Counted from the first letter of the stretch, positions 19,809-30,703 are shown. The stretch is 64,000 nucleotides of DNA from Leptonemataceae bacterium (GCA_965227295.1 OZ245742.1:3872001-3936000), one strand, 5' to 3'. Numbers and translations: made by a program. Notes: generated by a model not told the origin, from the letters alone.

Positions 19809-20458
19809 GCTCCCTCGAATTTTTGCTTGCATACATCGTCTTACCCGCGGCCGCTTTTTTTGCCGGGGCTGTTCCCTTTTCATATTTCATCGCCAGGTTT
19901 TTTGCCGGCATCGACATCCGTGAGCACGGCTCCGGCAATCCCGGGGCCTCCAACGTCTTTCGGGTCGTGGGGCCGGGGCCCGGTATCCTGACGTTCCTCC
20001 TCGATGCGACCAAGGCCGCCGCGTGCATCGTGCTGGCGTATTTCTGGTTATCGCACTGGCCGGCGCGGGCGCTCGTCTGGTACGAAATCCTGCTCGGAGT
20101 CCTGGCCGTGCTCGGCCATGTGTTCAGTCCGTTCCTGGGATTTCGGGGGGGCAAGGGGGTCGCCGCGGTGATCGGCGTTTACCTCGTCCTGTTTCCCCTG
20201 GGCCTCATCGCCGGCGCGCTTTCGGGACTCGTCGCCGCCTTCGTGTTTCGGTATTTTTCTCTGGGCAGTCTGATCGGAGTGCTCATCCTCCCGCTGAGTT
20301 ACTTTCTGTTGCAAGAGCAGCCCTGGCATCCTGCGAATCGCCCGTTGTTGTATTTGAGTCTGCTCGCCGTGCTGATCGTCTACGCGCGGCATACCGACAA
20401 TATCAAAAGGCTCCTGGCGGGAAAGGAGCACGGCATGATCAAAGCTCCGGGCCGCTGA
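19805..20458 (+). CDS. plsY: Glycerol-3-phosphate acyltransferase PlsY
   Basis: DIREHGSGNPGASN, GH.FSPFL.FRGGKGVA, RH.DNIKRL. Confidence 0.96.
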   Translation: MSSLEFLLAYIVLPAAAFFAGAVPFSYFIARFFAGIDIREHGSGNPGASNVFRVVGPGPGILTFLLDATKAAACIVLAYFWLSHWPARALVWYEILLGVLAVLGHVFSPFLGFRGGKGVAAVIGVYLVLFPLGLIAGALSGLVAAFVFRYFSLGSLIGVLILPLSYFLLQEQPWHPANRPLLYLSLLAVLIVYARHTDNIKRLLAGKEHGMIKAPGR

Positions 20459-20483
20459 AACCGGGGCGCACATACGCAAAGCG

Positions 20484-21134
20484 ATGGGTTTCGACGACAT
20501 ACAGGAACTCGGCTCGGACGAGCTGGACCTCGAAGAGAAGGTCTTCATTGCCGAGGAGTATCTGGATCGCTACAATCCCGGTGATCCCCGGGACATCTAT
20601 CGCTGGCTGTGGGAAGGCGAGTTCGGCCCCGGCTCCCACATTCGCGACAATACCCTGGAACAGCTCGCCCAGGACATTCGCCGCGCGCGCATGCATCCGA
20701 ATCGCGACAAACTTCCGGTCTGTGAAAACTTAGGCCTGGCCCACGTCTTCGTGAAGGTCAACCTGGTGCCCTTCGCCGACACCGGCTGCCCGCTGAAACG
20801 TCTGGTCATGATTGAAGAGCGCATTAAGGATTTGCGCCCGGACCCGTTGCGTTTCAAAAAAGACTGGGCCTTTATGAAGACCCAACTCGTGCCCGGCATG
20901 CGCATCCAGCAGGAAACCATGAACCGCTTCGAGCAGGAGATTCCGTTTCACATGGCGCCCGAGGTCGAGTACTCCAACGAGTTCTACGAAAAATACGGCA
21001 TGGGCTACCGGATCGTCCCCCGCAACGGTTTCTTTCAGTATTTCCCTGAGTACACCCTGGAAGTCGGCGGCGCCCGCGACACGCCGTACAACTGGGACAC
21101 CGACAGCGCGGTCCATCATACGACTGACTCGTGA
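20484..21134 (+). CDS. Conserved hypothetical protein
   Basis: Host-like codon usage; motifs DIYRWLWEGEFGPG, VKVNL.PF, YS..F...Y...YRIV. Confidence 0.75.
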   Translation: MGFDDIQELGSDELDLEEKVFIAEEYLDRYNPGDPRDIYRWLWEGEFGPGSHIRDNTLEQLAQDIRRARMHPNRDKLPVCENLGLAHVFVKVNLVPFADTGCPLKRLVMIEERIKDLRPDPLRFKKDWAFMKTQLVPGMRIQQETMNRFEQEIPFHMAPEVEYSNEFYEKYGMGYRIVPRNGFFQYFPEYTLEVGGARDTPYNWDTDSAVHHTTDS

Positions 21135-21157
21135 AGTATTATGCCTCGGTGGTTGAT

Positions 21158-22423
21158 TCAGAGTTTCTTCAGTTCCGCGAGCAATGTCTCGCGTTCGTTC
21201 AGCTCCGGTTTGGCCAGGACGCGTTCCAGGAGGCGTCGCAGGGTTTCGCCGATGGCGGGGCCGCTCAGGCCCAGGTCCATGAGATCGCGTCCGTTTAATG
21301 TAAGATCGCGGACAATTAAGGGATCCCGGGCGTAGAGCTCCCGGAGCAGACTCGGGGTCACGCTGATGTGCGGAAACGATTCCGTGCTCTGCAAAAAAGC
21401 GTCGCCGCCGTCGCCGTAGACCTCTTTGAGCTTCGAGAGGAACAACCGCGCCCGATGCTCCCGGTTTTCGCCCGGGAGCTTTAGTTCTTCGCGCTGAAAG
21501 CGAAAGTAGTGTTCGTAGTACTCGATGTCCCGTGCGTGTTGATTCGAAAACTTGAGGCGCTTCGCCAGGTTGCCGACGGTCTTCAGGTTCGTCCCGGAAA
21601 AATAACCAAGGTCCTCCCACCAACGCGCAATGCGCAAGACCGGCACCGCCGGATCCATAATATCCAGTTCCGCGAGACACGCTTCCGAGGTGGGGGCCGG
21701 ACGTTCCGTAAAAAAAAGATACAACAGGCCGCTGTGTTCCAGAGACCGAATCATCCGCGATACACGCACCGCACGAAAGCCTTTCCAGAGTTCGTCGCTG
21801 AAGCGTTCGACGGCGACCAGCCGCGTGCGTTTCTGAACCGCGGAGTTTCCGAGGGCCGCCTGGGTTTTCGCTTCCAGATCAAACTCCAGGCTGGCCGTGA
21901 AGCGACAGGCGCGCACCGGACGCAGCCCGTCCTCGAAGAAACGATCCTCCGCCCGACCGATGGTGCGCAGTAACTTTGTTTCAAGATCACCTAAACCGCC
22001 GTGGTGGTCTTCGATGAGTCCCGTCCCCGGCTCGTAGGCGAGGGCGTTGATTGTGAAGTCGCGGCGGCACAGGTCCTCGTCGAGGCTGTCGGAGAAACGT
22101 ACGGCGTCCGGATGCCGGCCGTCGCTGTACTCGCTCTCCGCACGATACGTCGTGACCTCGTAGCCGGCGCCGTTCAGAACGACGGTGACGGTGCCGTGCT
22201 GCAAACCCGTGGGTATCGTGCGGCGGAAAAGTTGCTGCACGGTTTCCGGCCTGGCGTTCGTGGCGATGTCCACGTCGCCGGCCGGCCGGCCGAGCAGGAG
22301 ATCGCGGACGGCGCCGCCGACGAGATAACACTCGTAGCCGTTTTCCGTAAGGGTGCTGTGGATTTCCCGTACATGGCGGCGCACGGTTTCGGGAAGTGGT
22401 TCGAGCAGATCGGGCCGGTGCAC
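21158..22423 (-). CDS. cca: CCA tRNA nucleotidyltransferase (class II, no HD domain)
   Basis: YLVGGAVRDLLLG..DVDIAT, RRDFTINA, EDGLR..R..RF. Confidence 0.9.
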   Translation of the reverse strand: MHRPDLLEPLPETVRRHVREIHSTLTENGYECYLVGGAVRDLLLGRPAGDVDIATNARPETVQQLFRRTIPTGLQHGTVTVVLNGAGYEVTTYRAESEYSDGRHPDAVRFSDSLDEDLCRRDFTINALAYEPGTGLIEDHHGGLGDLETKLLRTIGRAEDRFFEDGLRPVRACRFTASLEFDLEAKTQAALGNSAVQKRTRLVAVERFSDELWKGFRAVRVSRMIRSLEHSGLLYLFFTERPAPTSEACLAELDIMDPAVPVLRIARWWEDLGYFSGTNLKTVGNLAKRLKFSNQHARDIEYYEHYFRFQREELKLPGENREHRARLFLSKLKEVYGDGGDAFLQSTESFPHISVTPSLLRELYARDPLIVRDLTLNGRDLMDLGLSGPAIGETLRRLLERVLAKPELNERETLLAELKKL

Positions 22424-22430
22424 GGTACGG

Positions 22431-23108
22431 TCAAACGTAGGATCGGCGGGCGGGAATGCGAATGATTTCTTCGGTGTCTACGTTCATGGCGGTGAGCGAG
22501 CCGCCGAAGACGCAGCCCGTATCGAGGCCGACGGAGTTCTTACCCACGATGGGTTCGTTTTGCTTTGCCGCGCCGAGGACGTAGCGCGATGGGGTGTGAC
22601 CGTAGAAGACCCGTTTCCCTTTCCAGCGTTCTTCGTTGCGGATCCATTCCTCGCGAATCCAGAGCAAGTCCTCGCGATCCTGGTGAGAGATTTCGGTGTC
22701 TTTGGTGATGCGGACGCCCGCGTGCACGGCGACGAAGTCTTCGCCCTCGTAGTAGAGTTCCAGCCCCTCGTAGAACTTGCGGTGCGCCCTGGGAAGCTTA
22801 CCGTACCTGTCATCTTCGGTGAGGCCGTAGGAACGCAGGGTCGCCGGCCCGCCGTTGCCCCAGAAGGTCCAGGCCATGCCCTCGCGGCTGTCCGGATCCT
22901 GGTAGAAGGCCAGCATCATGGCCTCGTGATTGCCGAGCAGGTAGACCGAACGATCGTTTTCCTCGAGGACCCGATCCACCACGCCGGCTGAAGCGGGGCC
23001 GCGATCGATATAATCGCCGATGAAGATCAAAGGATCTTCGTCCGGTATTTGCTCGAGGAGATCGTTCAGCTCGTCGAGGCAACCGTGAATGTCTCCGATG
23101 ACCCACAT
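22431..23108 (-). CDS. Calcineurin-like metallophosphoesterase (PrpA/ApaH-like)
   Basis: GDIHG, GDYIDRG, GNHE, HAG, GHTP, LDTG motifs. Confidence 0.92.
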   Translation of the reverse strand: MWVIGDIHGCLDELNDLLEQIPDEDPLIFIGDYIDRGPASAGVVDRVLEENDRSVYLLGNHEAMMLAFYQDPDSREGMAWTFWGNGGPATLRSYGLTEDDRYGKLPRAHRKFYEGLELYYEGEDFVAVHAGVRITKDTEISHQDREDLLWIREEWIRNEERWKGKRVFYGHTPSRYVLGAAKQNEPIVGKNSVGLDTGCVFGGSLTAMNVDTEEIIRIPARRSYV

Positions 23109-23277
23109 CTTGCCGGTATTGCTTTGAATCGTGAACGCACCGGACGTTCAATCTAAAAAATTTCACATAAAAAATATTTTGCCGGGAACGCCTGCATTTG
23201 TTCTGTGGCTATTCCCAACAGCCTCTAACACAATCCTCACATGAGTAAACCAAACCAGAAAGGATGAGCTCCGGCGC

Positions 23278-24495
23278 ATGAAGATTCACGAATATCAGGC
23301 AAAAGAAATCCTACGCAAACACGGCGTCAACGTTCCCGAGGGCAAAGTCGTCCATAAGGCCGACGAAATCGGGCCGGCGTTTGACAGTCTCTCCGCGAGC
23401 GGCATCGTCGCGGTGAAATCGCAGATCCACGCGGGCGGCCGCGGTAAGGGCACGTTGTACGACGGAGAAGACCCGAAGTCCTCCAAAGAAGTGCAGCAGG
23501 GCGGCGTCAAGGTCGCGAAATCCCGTGACGATGCGGTCGAGTTCGGCTCGAACATGCTGGGCAACTATCTGCACACCATTCAGACCGGCGACACCGCCAA
23601 GAAAGTCCTTAAGATTTACCTGGAGAAGGGCACGAACATCCAGAAGGAGTACTACCTCAGTATTCTCCTCGATCGTGCCATCCAGAAGCCCATCATCATG
23701 TGCTCTCCCGAGGGCGGCATGGACATTGAAGAGGTGGCCGAGAAGAACCCCGAGAAAATTCTCAAGGTCGCCATTGAGCCCGGCCTGGGTCTGCAGCCCT
23801 GGCAGGCCCGGCAGATCCTCTTCTTCCTGGGTGTGCCCAAAGAGACCATGAAGCAGGGTAGCAAATTCTTGCAAACGCTGTACGATACCTACATCGCCGA
23901 AGACTCGTCGATGCTGGAAATCAACCCGCTCGTACTCAACGCGGACAACGAACTCATCGCCCTCGACTGCAAGTTCCAGATCGACGACAACGCTCTCTAT
24001 CGCCACCCGGACACGGCGGAGATGCGCGACGAAACCGAGGAAGATCCCCTCGAAGTTCAGGCGTCGCAATTCAACCTCAACTACGTGAAGCTGGACGGCA
24101 ATGTCGGCTGCATGGTGAACGGCGCGGGCCTGGCCATGGCGACCATGGACATCGTCAAGCTGGCGGGCGCCGAGCCGGCCAACTTCCTCGACGTCGGCGG
24201 CGGGGCGAATCCCGAAACCGTGGCGAACGGCTTTCGTATTATCCTGGGCGATCCGAACGTGAAGGCCATCTTCGTGAACATCTTCGGCGGCATCGTGCAG
24301 TGCGACCGCGTGGCCAACGGCATCATCGAAGCGGCGAAAAAAGTGGAGATCACCGTGCCGCTGATCGTGCGCCTCCAGGGCACCAACGCCGAACTGGCGC
24401 GGGAAATCCTGGACAAGAGCGAAATCGCCGTGCGACCGGCGGTCACTCTACAGGATGGCGCGGATCGCGTCGGCGAAGCGATTAAAGGCGGCTGA
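23278..24495 (+). CDS. sucC: Succinyl-CoA synthetase beta subunit
   Basis: [46 protein letters not shown]. Confidence 0.97.
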   Translation: MKIHEYQAKEILRKHGVNVPEGKVVHKADEIGPAFDSLSASGIVAVKSQIHAGGRGKGTLYDGEDPKSSKEVQQGGVKVAKSRDDAVEFGSNMLGNYLHTIQTGDTAKKVLKIYLEKGTNIQKEYYLSILLDRAIQKPIIMCSPEGGMDIEEVAEKNPEKILKVAIEPGLGLQPWQARQILFFLGVPKETMKQGSKFLQTLYDTYIAEDSSMLEINPLVLNADNELIALDCKFQIDDNALYRHPDTAEMRDETEEDPLEVQASQFNLNYVKLDGNVGCMVNGAGLAMATMDIVKLAGAEPANFLDVGGGANPETVANGFRIILGDPNVKAIFVNIFGGIVQCDRVANGIIEAAKKVEITVPLIVRLQGTNAELAREILDKSEIAVRPAVTLQDGADRVGEAIKGG

Positions 24496-24548
24496 GCGCG
24501 CCTTAGCCTTAACTTACACAGGAAAGATCTTACAGGAGATTCTATAGC

Positions 24549-25421
24549 ATGGCGGTTCTCGTAAATAAAGAAACTCGCGTGGTAGTGCAGGGCATTACCG
24601 GTAAAGAAGGCGGATTCCACGCCTCGCAAATGATCGAATACGGCACGAAGGTCGTCGCCGGCGTAACCCCCGGAAAGGGCGGTCAAAAGACGGAGCAGGG
24701 CGTTCCGGTCTTCAACACGGTGCAGGAAGCCATCGACAACGAGGGCGCTGACGCCGCGGTCATCTTCGTTCCGCCTCCTTTCGCAGCGGACGCCGTTCTT
24801 GAATGTGCGGCGACGAACATTCCCCTGGCCATCTGCATTACCGAGGGCATTCCCCAGGCGGACATGGCGGTGGCCATGCCGGTCATCCGCGCTTCGAAGA
24901 CGCGCCTCATCGGGCCGAACTGTCCCGGCGTCATCACTCCGGGCGAGTGCAAAATCGGTATCATGCCCGGGTTCATTCACAAGCCCGGCAACATCGGCCT
25001 GGTCTCGCGCTCCGGCACGCTCACCTACGAGGCGGTCTCGCAGTTGTCGGACCAGGGCCTCGGCCAGACCACGGCCATCGGCATCGGCGGGGACCCGTTC
25101 ATCGGCACCCGGCACATCGACGCCATCCAGTTGCTGAACGATGACCCGGAGACCAAAGGCATCGTTATGATCGGCGAAATCGGCGGCACGGACGAAGAAG
25201 ACGCCGCGGCCTGGATTAAGGACAATTGCAAGAAGCCGGTCGTCGGATTCATCGCCGGTCAGACGGCGCCTCCGGGCAAACGCATGGGCCACGCCGGCGC
25301 GATCATCTCCGGCGGCAAGGGCACGGCTCAGTCCAAGATGGACGCCATGAAGGCCGCCGGTATCCGCGTGGTGCAATCGCCGGCGGAAATCGGCAAGGCC
25401 ATGAAAGAGTTGATCGGCTGA
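24549..25421 (+). CDS. sucD: Succinyl-CoA synthetase alpha subunit
   Basis: [32 protein letters not shown]. Confidence 0.97.
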   Translation: MAVLVNKETRVVVQGITGKEGGFHASQMIEYGTKVVAGVTPGKGGQKTEQGVPVFNTVQEAIDNEGADAAVIFVPPPFAADAVLECAATNIPLAICITEGIPQADMAVAMPVIRASKTRLIGPNCPGVITPGECKIGIMPGFIHKPGNIGLVSRSGTLTYEAVSQLSDQGLGQTTAIGIGGDPFIGTRHIDAIQLLNDDPETKGIVMIGEIGGTDEEDAAAWIKDNCKKPVVGFIAGQTAPPGKRMGHAGAIISGGKGTAQSKMDAMKAAGIRVVQSPAEIGKAMKELIG

Positions 25422-25432
25422 GAAGAAAAACT

Positions 25433-25547
25433 AACTCCGAGGACCGAGGTACCGAGAAAAAGAATTTTAGACAGCAATCGCAGTTGATAGCCATTCAGCT
25501 GAGAATGCTCTCCCAAAAAAATCCTCGGTCCCTCGGTCCTCGGAGTT
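25433..25547. repeat. REP-like inverted pair (family B) downstream of sucD
   Basis: AACTCCGAGGACCGAGGTACCGAG (25433-25456) and its near reverse complement (25524-25547). Confidence 0.8.
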
Positions 25548-25559
25548 TATCTTCTCTTA

Positions 25560-26465
25560 GTGAACCGCCGCGAATTCCTGAAGCGCTCGATTGCCCTCAC
25601 GGCAAGCCTGCCGCTGAGTACCCTCCACTCCGAAACTCCCGAACGCATCTTACAACGCACGATTCCCTCCACCGGCGAAGGCATTCCCGCCGTCGGTATG
25701 GGAACCTGGCAGACCTTCGACGCCGCCGGCGATCGTAACGAACTCGCCGCTCTAACTGACGTTTTGCGTATCTTTGCGGAACGCGGGGGGCGTCTGATCG
25801 ATTCGTCACCGATGTACGGCAGCTCCGAATCCGTCGCCGGTCAGTTGTGCTCGGACCGTCCGGAGCAGTTTTTCTTCTCCACAAAGGTGTGGACCACCGG
25901 CCTCGAGCAGGGCAAAGCACAGATGGTTGCTTCGATCCGTAAGCTACGACCGGAGGGACCGGCGAAGCTGGAGCTCATGCAGATTCACAATCTGGTGGAC
26001 TGGCGCACACACATGCGAACGCTGCGCGCCTGGAAAGAGGCCGGCACGTTTCGCTACATCGGCATTACGCATTATCTGGAAAGCGCGTTCGATGATCTCA
26101 TGAGCATCGTCCGGCAACACAAGATCGACTTCGTGCAATTGCCGTACTCCGTTGCGACGCGCGGGGCCGAAGAGCGACTGCTGCCGTTGTGCCGGGACCG
26201 CGGCGTGGCGACGCTCATCAATCGACCCTACGAAGGCGGCGCGCTCTTTCGTGAGGTACGCGGCAAAGACCTGCCGCAGTTCGTGCGGGGCTTCGCCGAC
26301 TCCTGGGGCCAGGCGTTCTTGAAATTCATTCTCGCTCACGAAGCGGTGACGTGTGTGATCCCGGCCACGTCGAAACCGAAACATATGCGCGACAATATGG
26401 GCGCGGGTTTCGGAAGATTGCCGGACGCCGATGAATGCCGGCGACTGGCTCTGATGTTTCGTTAA
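25560..26465 (+). CDS. Aldo/keto reductase with Tat-like leader
   Basis: NRREFLK leader; GMGTW, IDSSPMYG.SE, TKV, IPATSK. Confidence 0.9.
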   Translation: MNRREFLKRSIALTASLPLSTLHSETPERILQRTIPSTGEGIPAVGMGTWQTFDAAGDRNELAALTDVLRIFAERGGRLIDSSPMYGSSESVAGQLCSDRPEQFFFSTKVWTTGLEQGKAQMVASIRKLRPEGPAKLELMQIHNLVDWRTHMRTLRAWKEAGTFRYIGITHYLESAFDDLMSIVRQHKIDFVQLPYSVATRGAEERLLPLCRDRGVATLINRPYEGGALFREVRGKDLPQFVRGFADSWGQAFLKFILAHEAVTCVIPATSKPKHMRDNMGAGFGRLPDADECRRLALMFR

Positions 26466-26581
26466 TTAGTGGGTATAAGAAGTTAGTGGCATAAAGCCAA
26501 AACCCTGGACAAAGTTGCGGCGAGAGACGTTTTTTCGGAAAATTTTAGTGACATTCCAGTTGGTGGAAGCCTGCTTTCGGT

Positions 26582-27173
26582 ATGTTGGCCGCCGCATATC
26601 GATGCGCGCTTCTGAGCCTCCTTGCATTGTCGTTCGGGGCGTCGTGCTACTATCATCCGCTATGTACACCCGATTCGGTGCGGGCGGTAGTGATAGCAGC
26701 CCGCTGCTGCTTTTGCCCTTACCGGCGATTCCGGCCACGCCCGCCGCGAGCGGTGACGACGATTCCGGCGGTACCACGACCTCGTGCACCATGAACGGGC
26801 CCGACTTCACTCTCTCCACCGCCGTATGCAGTGGTGGCCCATTGCGAGCAACGGCACGCTCTTCGTCGTGGCGTCCACCGGCTCGCTCGGTCCGGTCATG
26901 ACTTCGCCGGATGGGGTGGCCTGGACCGCGCGGGCGGCGGCCGAGAACAATGCCTGGCAGTCCGTGGCTTATGGCGGCGGGCTCTTCATCGCGGTGTCGT
27001 CGGACGGTACGAATCGCATCATGACCTCCACCGACGGCATCAGCTGGACCGCCCGGGCCGCGCCGGAGGACAACACCTGGACTCGCCTTACCTACGGCAA
27101 CGGGCGCTTCGTCGCCGTGGCGGGGCTCGGCGGCGTTGACGTGCATCAGGTGATGACCGCGATTTGCCCGTAG
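26582..27173 (+). pseudogene. Frameshifted lipoprotein with BNR-like (TS.DG..WT) repeats
   Basis: Lipobox LSFGASC|YYHPL in one frame, a low-complexity linker in a second, repeats MTSPDGVAWTAR/MTSTDGISWTAR in the third. Confidence 0.65.
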
Positions 27174-27221
27174 CAATCGCTCTTGACACGGCCCCGATCG
27201 GACGGACCATACGACGGTCCT

Positions 27222-28265
27222 ATGAGCAACGGTCATCCTTCGAACCTTCGTATCGGCATCTTCGGCGCGGGCAGCATCGGCTGTTACGTCGGCGCAAAAC
27301 TGATCCACGGCGGCGTGGCCGTTACGTTGTTGGGGCGGGAGTCCCTGGGCCGGGAGATTCGGGAACACGGCCTGCATGTGAGTGATCTAACCGGCGATGA
27401 GTTTCAGTTAAGCCCGGAGCAAATCAATTACGTCACGGACCCGGCGGACCTCGCCGACTGCGACGTCGTGCTGGTGACCGTCAAGAGCCGGGACAGCGAC
27501 GAGGCCGGTCGGTTGCTGGGGAAGACCCTGGGCTCGAATGCCGTCCTTGTGAGTTTCCAGAACGGTGTGCGCAACGCGGAGATCTTGAGCAAGGCGGTGA
27601 CCTCCGTGAGCGCCGCGCCGCCGCAAGTGCTCGCGGGCATGGTACCGTACAACGTGGTTCGCTCCGAAGGCGGGCGCTTTCATTGCGGGACCTCCGGCGA
27701 ACTCATGATCGCCGCCGCCGAGCCGACGGAACGCATCGCCGCTACGTTGCGAGCCGCCGGTCTGCCGACAAAAGTCCACGACGACCTGCCGGGCGTACTC
27801 TGGGGCAAGCTCATCTTCAACTTGAACAACGCGGTGAACGCACTGGCCGGCGTGCCGCTCCGCGAAGAACTTTCGCAGCGCGGTTATCGCCGGATCATGG
27901 CGGCGACGATTCGCGAGGCGCTCGGTGTCATGAAAGCCTCGGGCGTCCGGCCGCTTTCGGTGGGTCGCATGATTCCGTGGCTCGCGCCGAAGATCCTGGC
28001 GTTGCCGGATTGGCTCTTCTTTCGCGTGGCCGCTTCCATGGTGAAGATCGATCCCGAGGCGCGTTCTTCGATGTGGGAGGACCTGAGCCGCGGGCGACCG
28101 ACGGAGATTGACTACATTACCGGTGAGATTGTGCGCCTGGCCGATGCGAACGGACTTCAGGCGCCCGTTGCGCGGCGTACGGTGGAGTTGATCCGGGCGG
28201 CGGAAGAGCGGAGCGGTTCGCCGCAGCTTTCGGCGAAGGATCTCGCGCGCGAGTTGGGATTATGA
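27222..28265 (+). CDS. panE: 2-dehydropantoate 2-reductase (ApbA/PanE family)
   Basis: GAGSIG, VTVKS, SFQNGV, WGKL..N..N, SSMWEDL..GRPTEID. Confidence 0.88.
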   Translation: MSNGHPSNLRIGIFGAGSIGCYVGAKLIHGGVAVTLLGRESLGREIREHGLHVSDLTGDEFQLSPEQINYVTDPADLADCDVVLVTVKSRDSDEAGRLLGKTLGSNAVLVSFQNGVRNAEILSKAVTSVSAAPPQVLAGMVPYNVVRSEGGRFHCGTSGELMIAAAEPTERIAATLRAAGLPTKVHDDLPGVLWGKLIFNLNNAVNALAGVPLREELSQRGYRRIMAATIREALGVMKASGVRPLSVGRMIPWLAPKILALPDWLFFRVAASMVKIDPEARSSMWEDLSRGRPTEIDYITGEIVRLADANGLQAPVARRTVELIRAAEERSGSPQLSAKDLARELGL

Positions 28266-29605
28266 GCGGCCCGCTGTCGCAATTCACGCAGATCTTCTCG
28301 CGGCGAAACATGTCCGCGAGTCTGACCGGCCTGCTGGAACGCGAGGAACTGCACGGGCAGCGCATTGCAAACCGCATTCGCTATCTGTTCGCCGGCCTTA
28401 TGTACATATGGGCCGTGGTCACGATCAGCACCGGTACGGGCGACCCGTTCGTGAACCTGGGGCTGATTACGACCTACCTGTTGCTTACCGTGGCGCACAC
28501 GCTGATCCTGGCAAAACCGAAATGGCGAGGCTTAATCGGTACCTTTCAATACTTAACGATCTTCCTGGACTGCGTGCTGATCACGACGGCAATGGTATTT
28601 TATACGCACACCGAGAGCCCGAACAACTACGCCTTCGCCATCAAGAATCCGGTGCTGTGGTACTACTTTCTGCCGCTCTTTTTGACGCTGCTTCAGTTTC
28701 GCGTGAAGCCGGTGGTTTTTGCGCTCTTCTTGATTGCGGCGGTCTATTATACCTTCGTCGGTCTCACGTTCCACCACGGCGTGGAGCTGACCCAGAACTG
28801 GAACCGTTACATCAACGGTCCGGCGGTCCTGGTGGAAGACTTCGTGCTTTCGCGCATGCTGGTGTTCATCGGCGGGGCCGTGGTGATCCTGTATACGATC
28901 TATCGCGCGTTGTTCATGCTCCGTCGCCTGGGGGCCATCGAAGCGCAGAAGTCGAATCTTGCGCGCTACTTTTCTCCGGAGATCGTCGAAGCAATTACAG
29001 AGAACCCCGACTCGTTGCCCACCGGAGGGCGTCAGCGGGTGACGGTGTTGTTCTCGGACATCCGCAACTTCACGAAGATGTCCGAGGGCATGGACGCGCA
29101 GGAACTGGCGGACTTTCTCGGTGAGTTTCGCGAACGCATGTCCCGGGCGATCTTTTCAAACGGCGGTACGCTGGATAAGTTCATCGGTGACGCGATCATG
29201 GCGACGTTCGGCACGCCGCATCCCTCCGCGGAGCCGGGACGCGATGCACAGAACGCCTTAGCTGCGTCCCGGATGATGTTAGAAGAACTGGAAGGGTTTA
29301 ACGGGGATCGGCGGCAGGCCGGCCAGGCGCCGATCTACATCGGTATCGGCCTGCATACGGGGGAGGTCTTCGCGGGGAACGTGGGCACCGGCTCGCGTCT
29401 GGAATATACGGTCATCGGTGACGGGGTGAACACGGCCTCGCGGATCGAGTCGCTGTGCAAGAAACTGAACGCCATGCTCTTGATTTCTCAGGCGACGTTC
29501 GATGAGACGGGGCAACCGGAGGACGCGGAGCGCATGCCGCGCGTCATGGTGAAGGGGAAACAGGAACCGTTGCAGGTGTACCGCCTGCGGGAGTTACCGG
29601 GGTAG
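28262..29605 (+). CDS. Membrane-bound class III adenylate/guanylate cyclase
   Basis: About six TMs, VLFSDIRNFT, DKFIGDAIMA, YTVIGDGVNTASRIE, VKGK. Confidence 0.93.
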   Translation: MSGPLSQFTQIFSRRNMSASLTGLLEREELHGQRIANRIRYLFAGLMYIWAVVTISTGTGDPFVNLGLITTYLLLTVAHTLILAKPKWRGLIGTFQYLTIFLDCVLITTAMVFYTHTESPNNYAFAIKNPVLWYYFLPLFLTLLQFRVKPVVFALFLIAAVYYTFVGLTFHHGVELTQNWNRYINGPAVLVEDFVLSRMLVFIGGAVVILYTIYRALFMLRRLGAIEAQKSNLARYFSPEIVEAITENPDSLPTGGRQRVTVLFSDIRNFTKMSEGMDAQELADFLGEFRERMSRAIFSNGGTLDKFIGDAIMATFGTPHPSAEPGRDAQNALAASRMMLEELEGFNGDRRQAGQAPIYIGIGLHTGEVFAGNVGTGSRLEYTVIGDGVNTASRIESLCKKLNAMLLISQATFDETGQPEDAERMPRVMVKGKQEPLQVYRLRELPG

Positions 29606-30460
29606 GGTTCTTGTTTTCGGTGTCTTTTTCGTTTTTCTCCTCGTTTTCTTGCATGATGTCTCCAAGATCCTTAGTCTTGTATGTAAGTTGTTTGAATGAA
29701 CTTTTCTGGAATACAACGAATTCTACTATTTTCTTAGTATCTGGATGAACTTTGGCTCTCAGAGAGTTCTCTTCTACCTCCAATGGAGTCGCAATAATGA
29801 TGTCATGATCCTGCCACAGAACAGCATGGGGTTGAAGTTCATAGTCGATTACTGAATATGTCCCATTATTTTTTGCATCAAGGTGTCCTGTCCAGTACGC
29901 GATAAGTAGAAGCATAAGCAAATGCAGTGCATTGCGGTAGACTCCATCGCCGAGCCGTACATCGACTTTTTTTCTCTCTACAAAAATTGAATCGAAGAAC
30001 GAAACAATTTGCTTGTCCGTTGCTCCGGCAGCAATTAGATTCTTTGTGTCTATGTACTGTGCACTGAGCGATAGAGTGCCGGTTATCGGATAGGCCAAGA
30101 AGAGCCAACTGATTTTATACGAAAGATATATGCAAATAAATGCGAGGACATAAAATCGAACGTTTTCCTCTATGAAAAATCGCGCGAGTTCTGATTTTGC
30201 TCTGAAAAATGTTGAATATGTTCCAGAGGCTACAAAGTATAGGGATAGAGGGATGATCAGATGTAGCCGTACTTATATATAAACAAAACACAATACCCCG
30301 TTATGGTAAAAGAAGCTAAGAGAATGGATTCCTTTCCTAGGAAATTAATGAGGTGTTGTTTATTTGGTCGATCCTCTGCCAAATTTGGAGGAGGCTGAGT
30401 TCGCTTGTTTTTGGTGCCTTCCGGCTTTTTGTCCGATTTGCGTTTTGTTGCACTACTCAT
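29544..30460 (-). pseudogene. AT-rich foreign membrane-protein gene split by a frameshift near 30260
   Basis: MSSATKRK... (ATG 30460) stops at 30257; another frame is open from ~30260 (LIIPLSLYFV...) to 29544; visibly AT-rich against its flanks. Confidence 0.55.
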
Positions 30461-30560
30461 AGCTTTTCTGTGGTAAGCTTGAGAAGGTCGAAAAAATTGC
30501 AAGACCGAATTGGAGATTGGATGGCCGAATCCTTTCGTCAGTATAGGTAGAGAACTCTTC

Positions 30561-30684
30561 GCGTCAGGGATTGGAAGGGTTGCGGCGAAGCCGCAAGTCC
30601 GGAGCGCAGCGGAGGACCGAAGCGCGGAGCCCTGGAAAGCCCGGTCGGAAGGCGCCTGGGCCTGGCGCCTTCCGAGACGCCCCA
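30561..30684 (+). ncRNA. Flavo-1-like structured repeat (family A), copy 1
   Basis: GCGTCAGGGAT...GGAAAGCCCGGTC-hairpin-ACGCCCCA, preceded by CTCTTC. Confidence 0.6.
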
Positions 30685-30703
30685 CAGAGTCACTAAGTTA
30701 ATT

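Noticed and set aside
24081..25376. Long antisense ORFs (also 37174-38370, 51079-52332, 58039-59292, 35248-36423)
   Set aside because: They are shadows of well-supported genes on the opposite strand, as expected in high-GC DNA.
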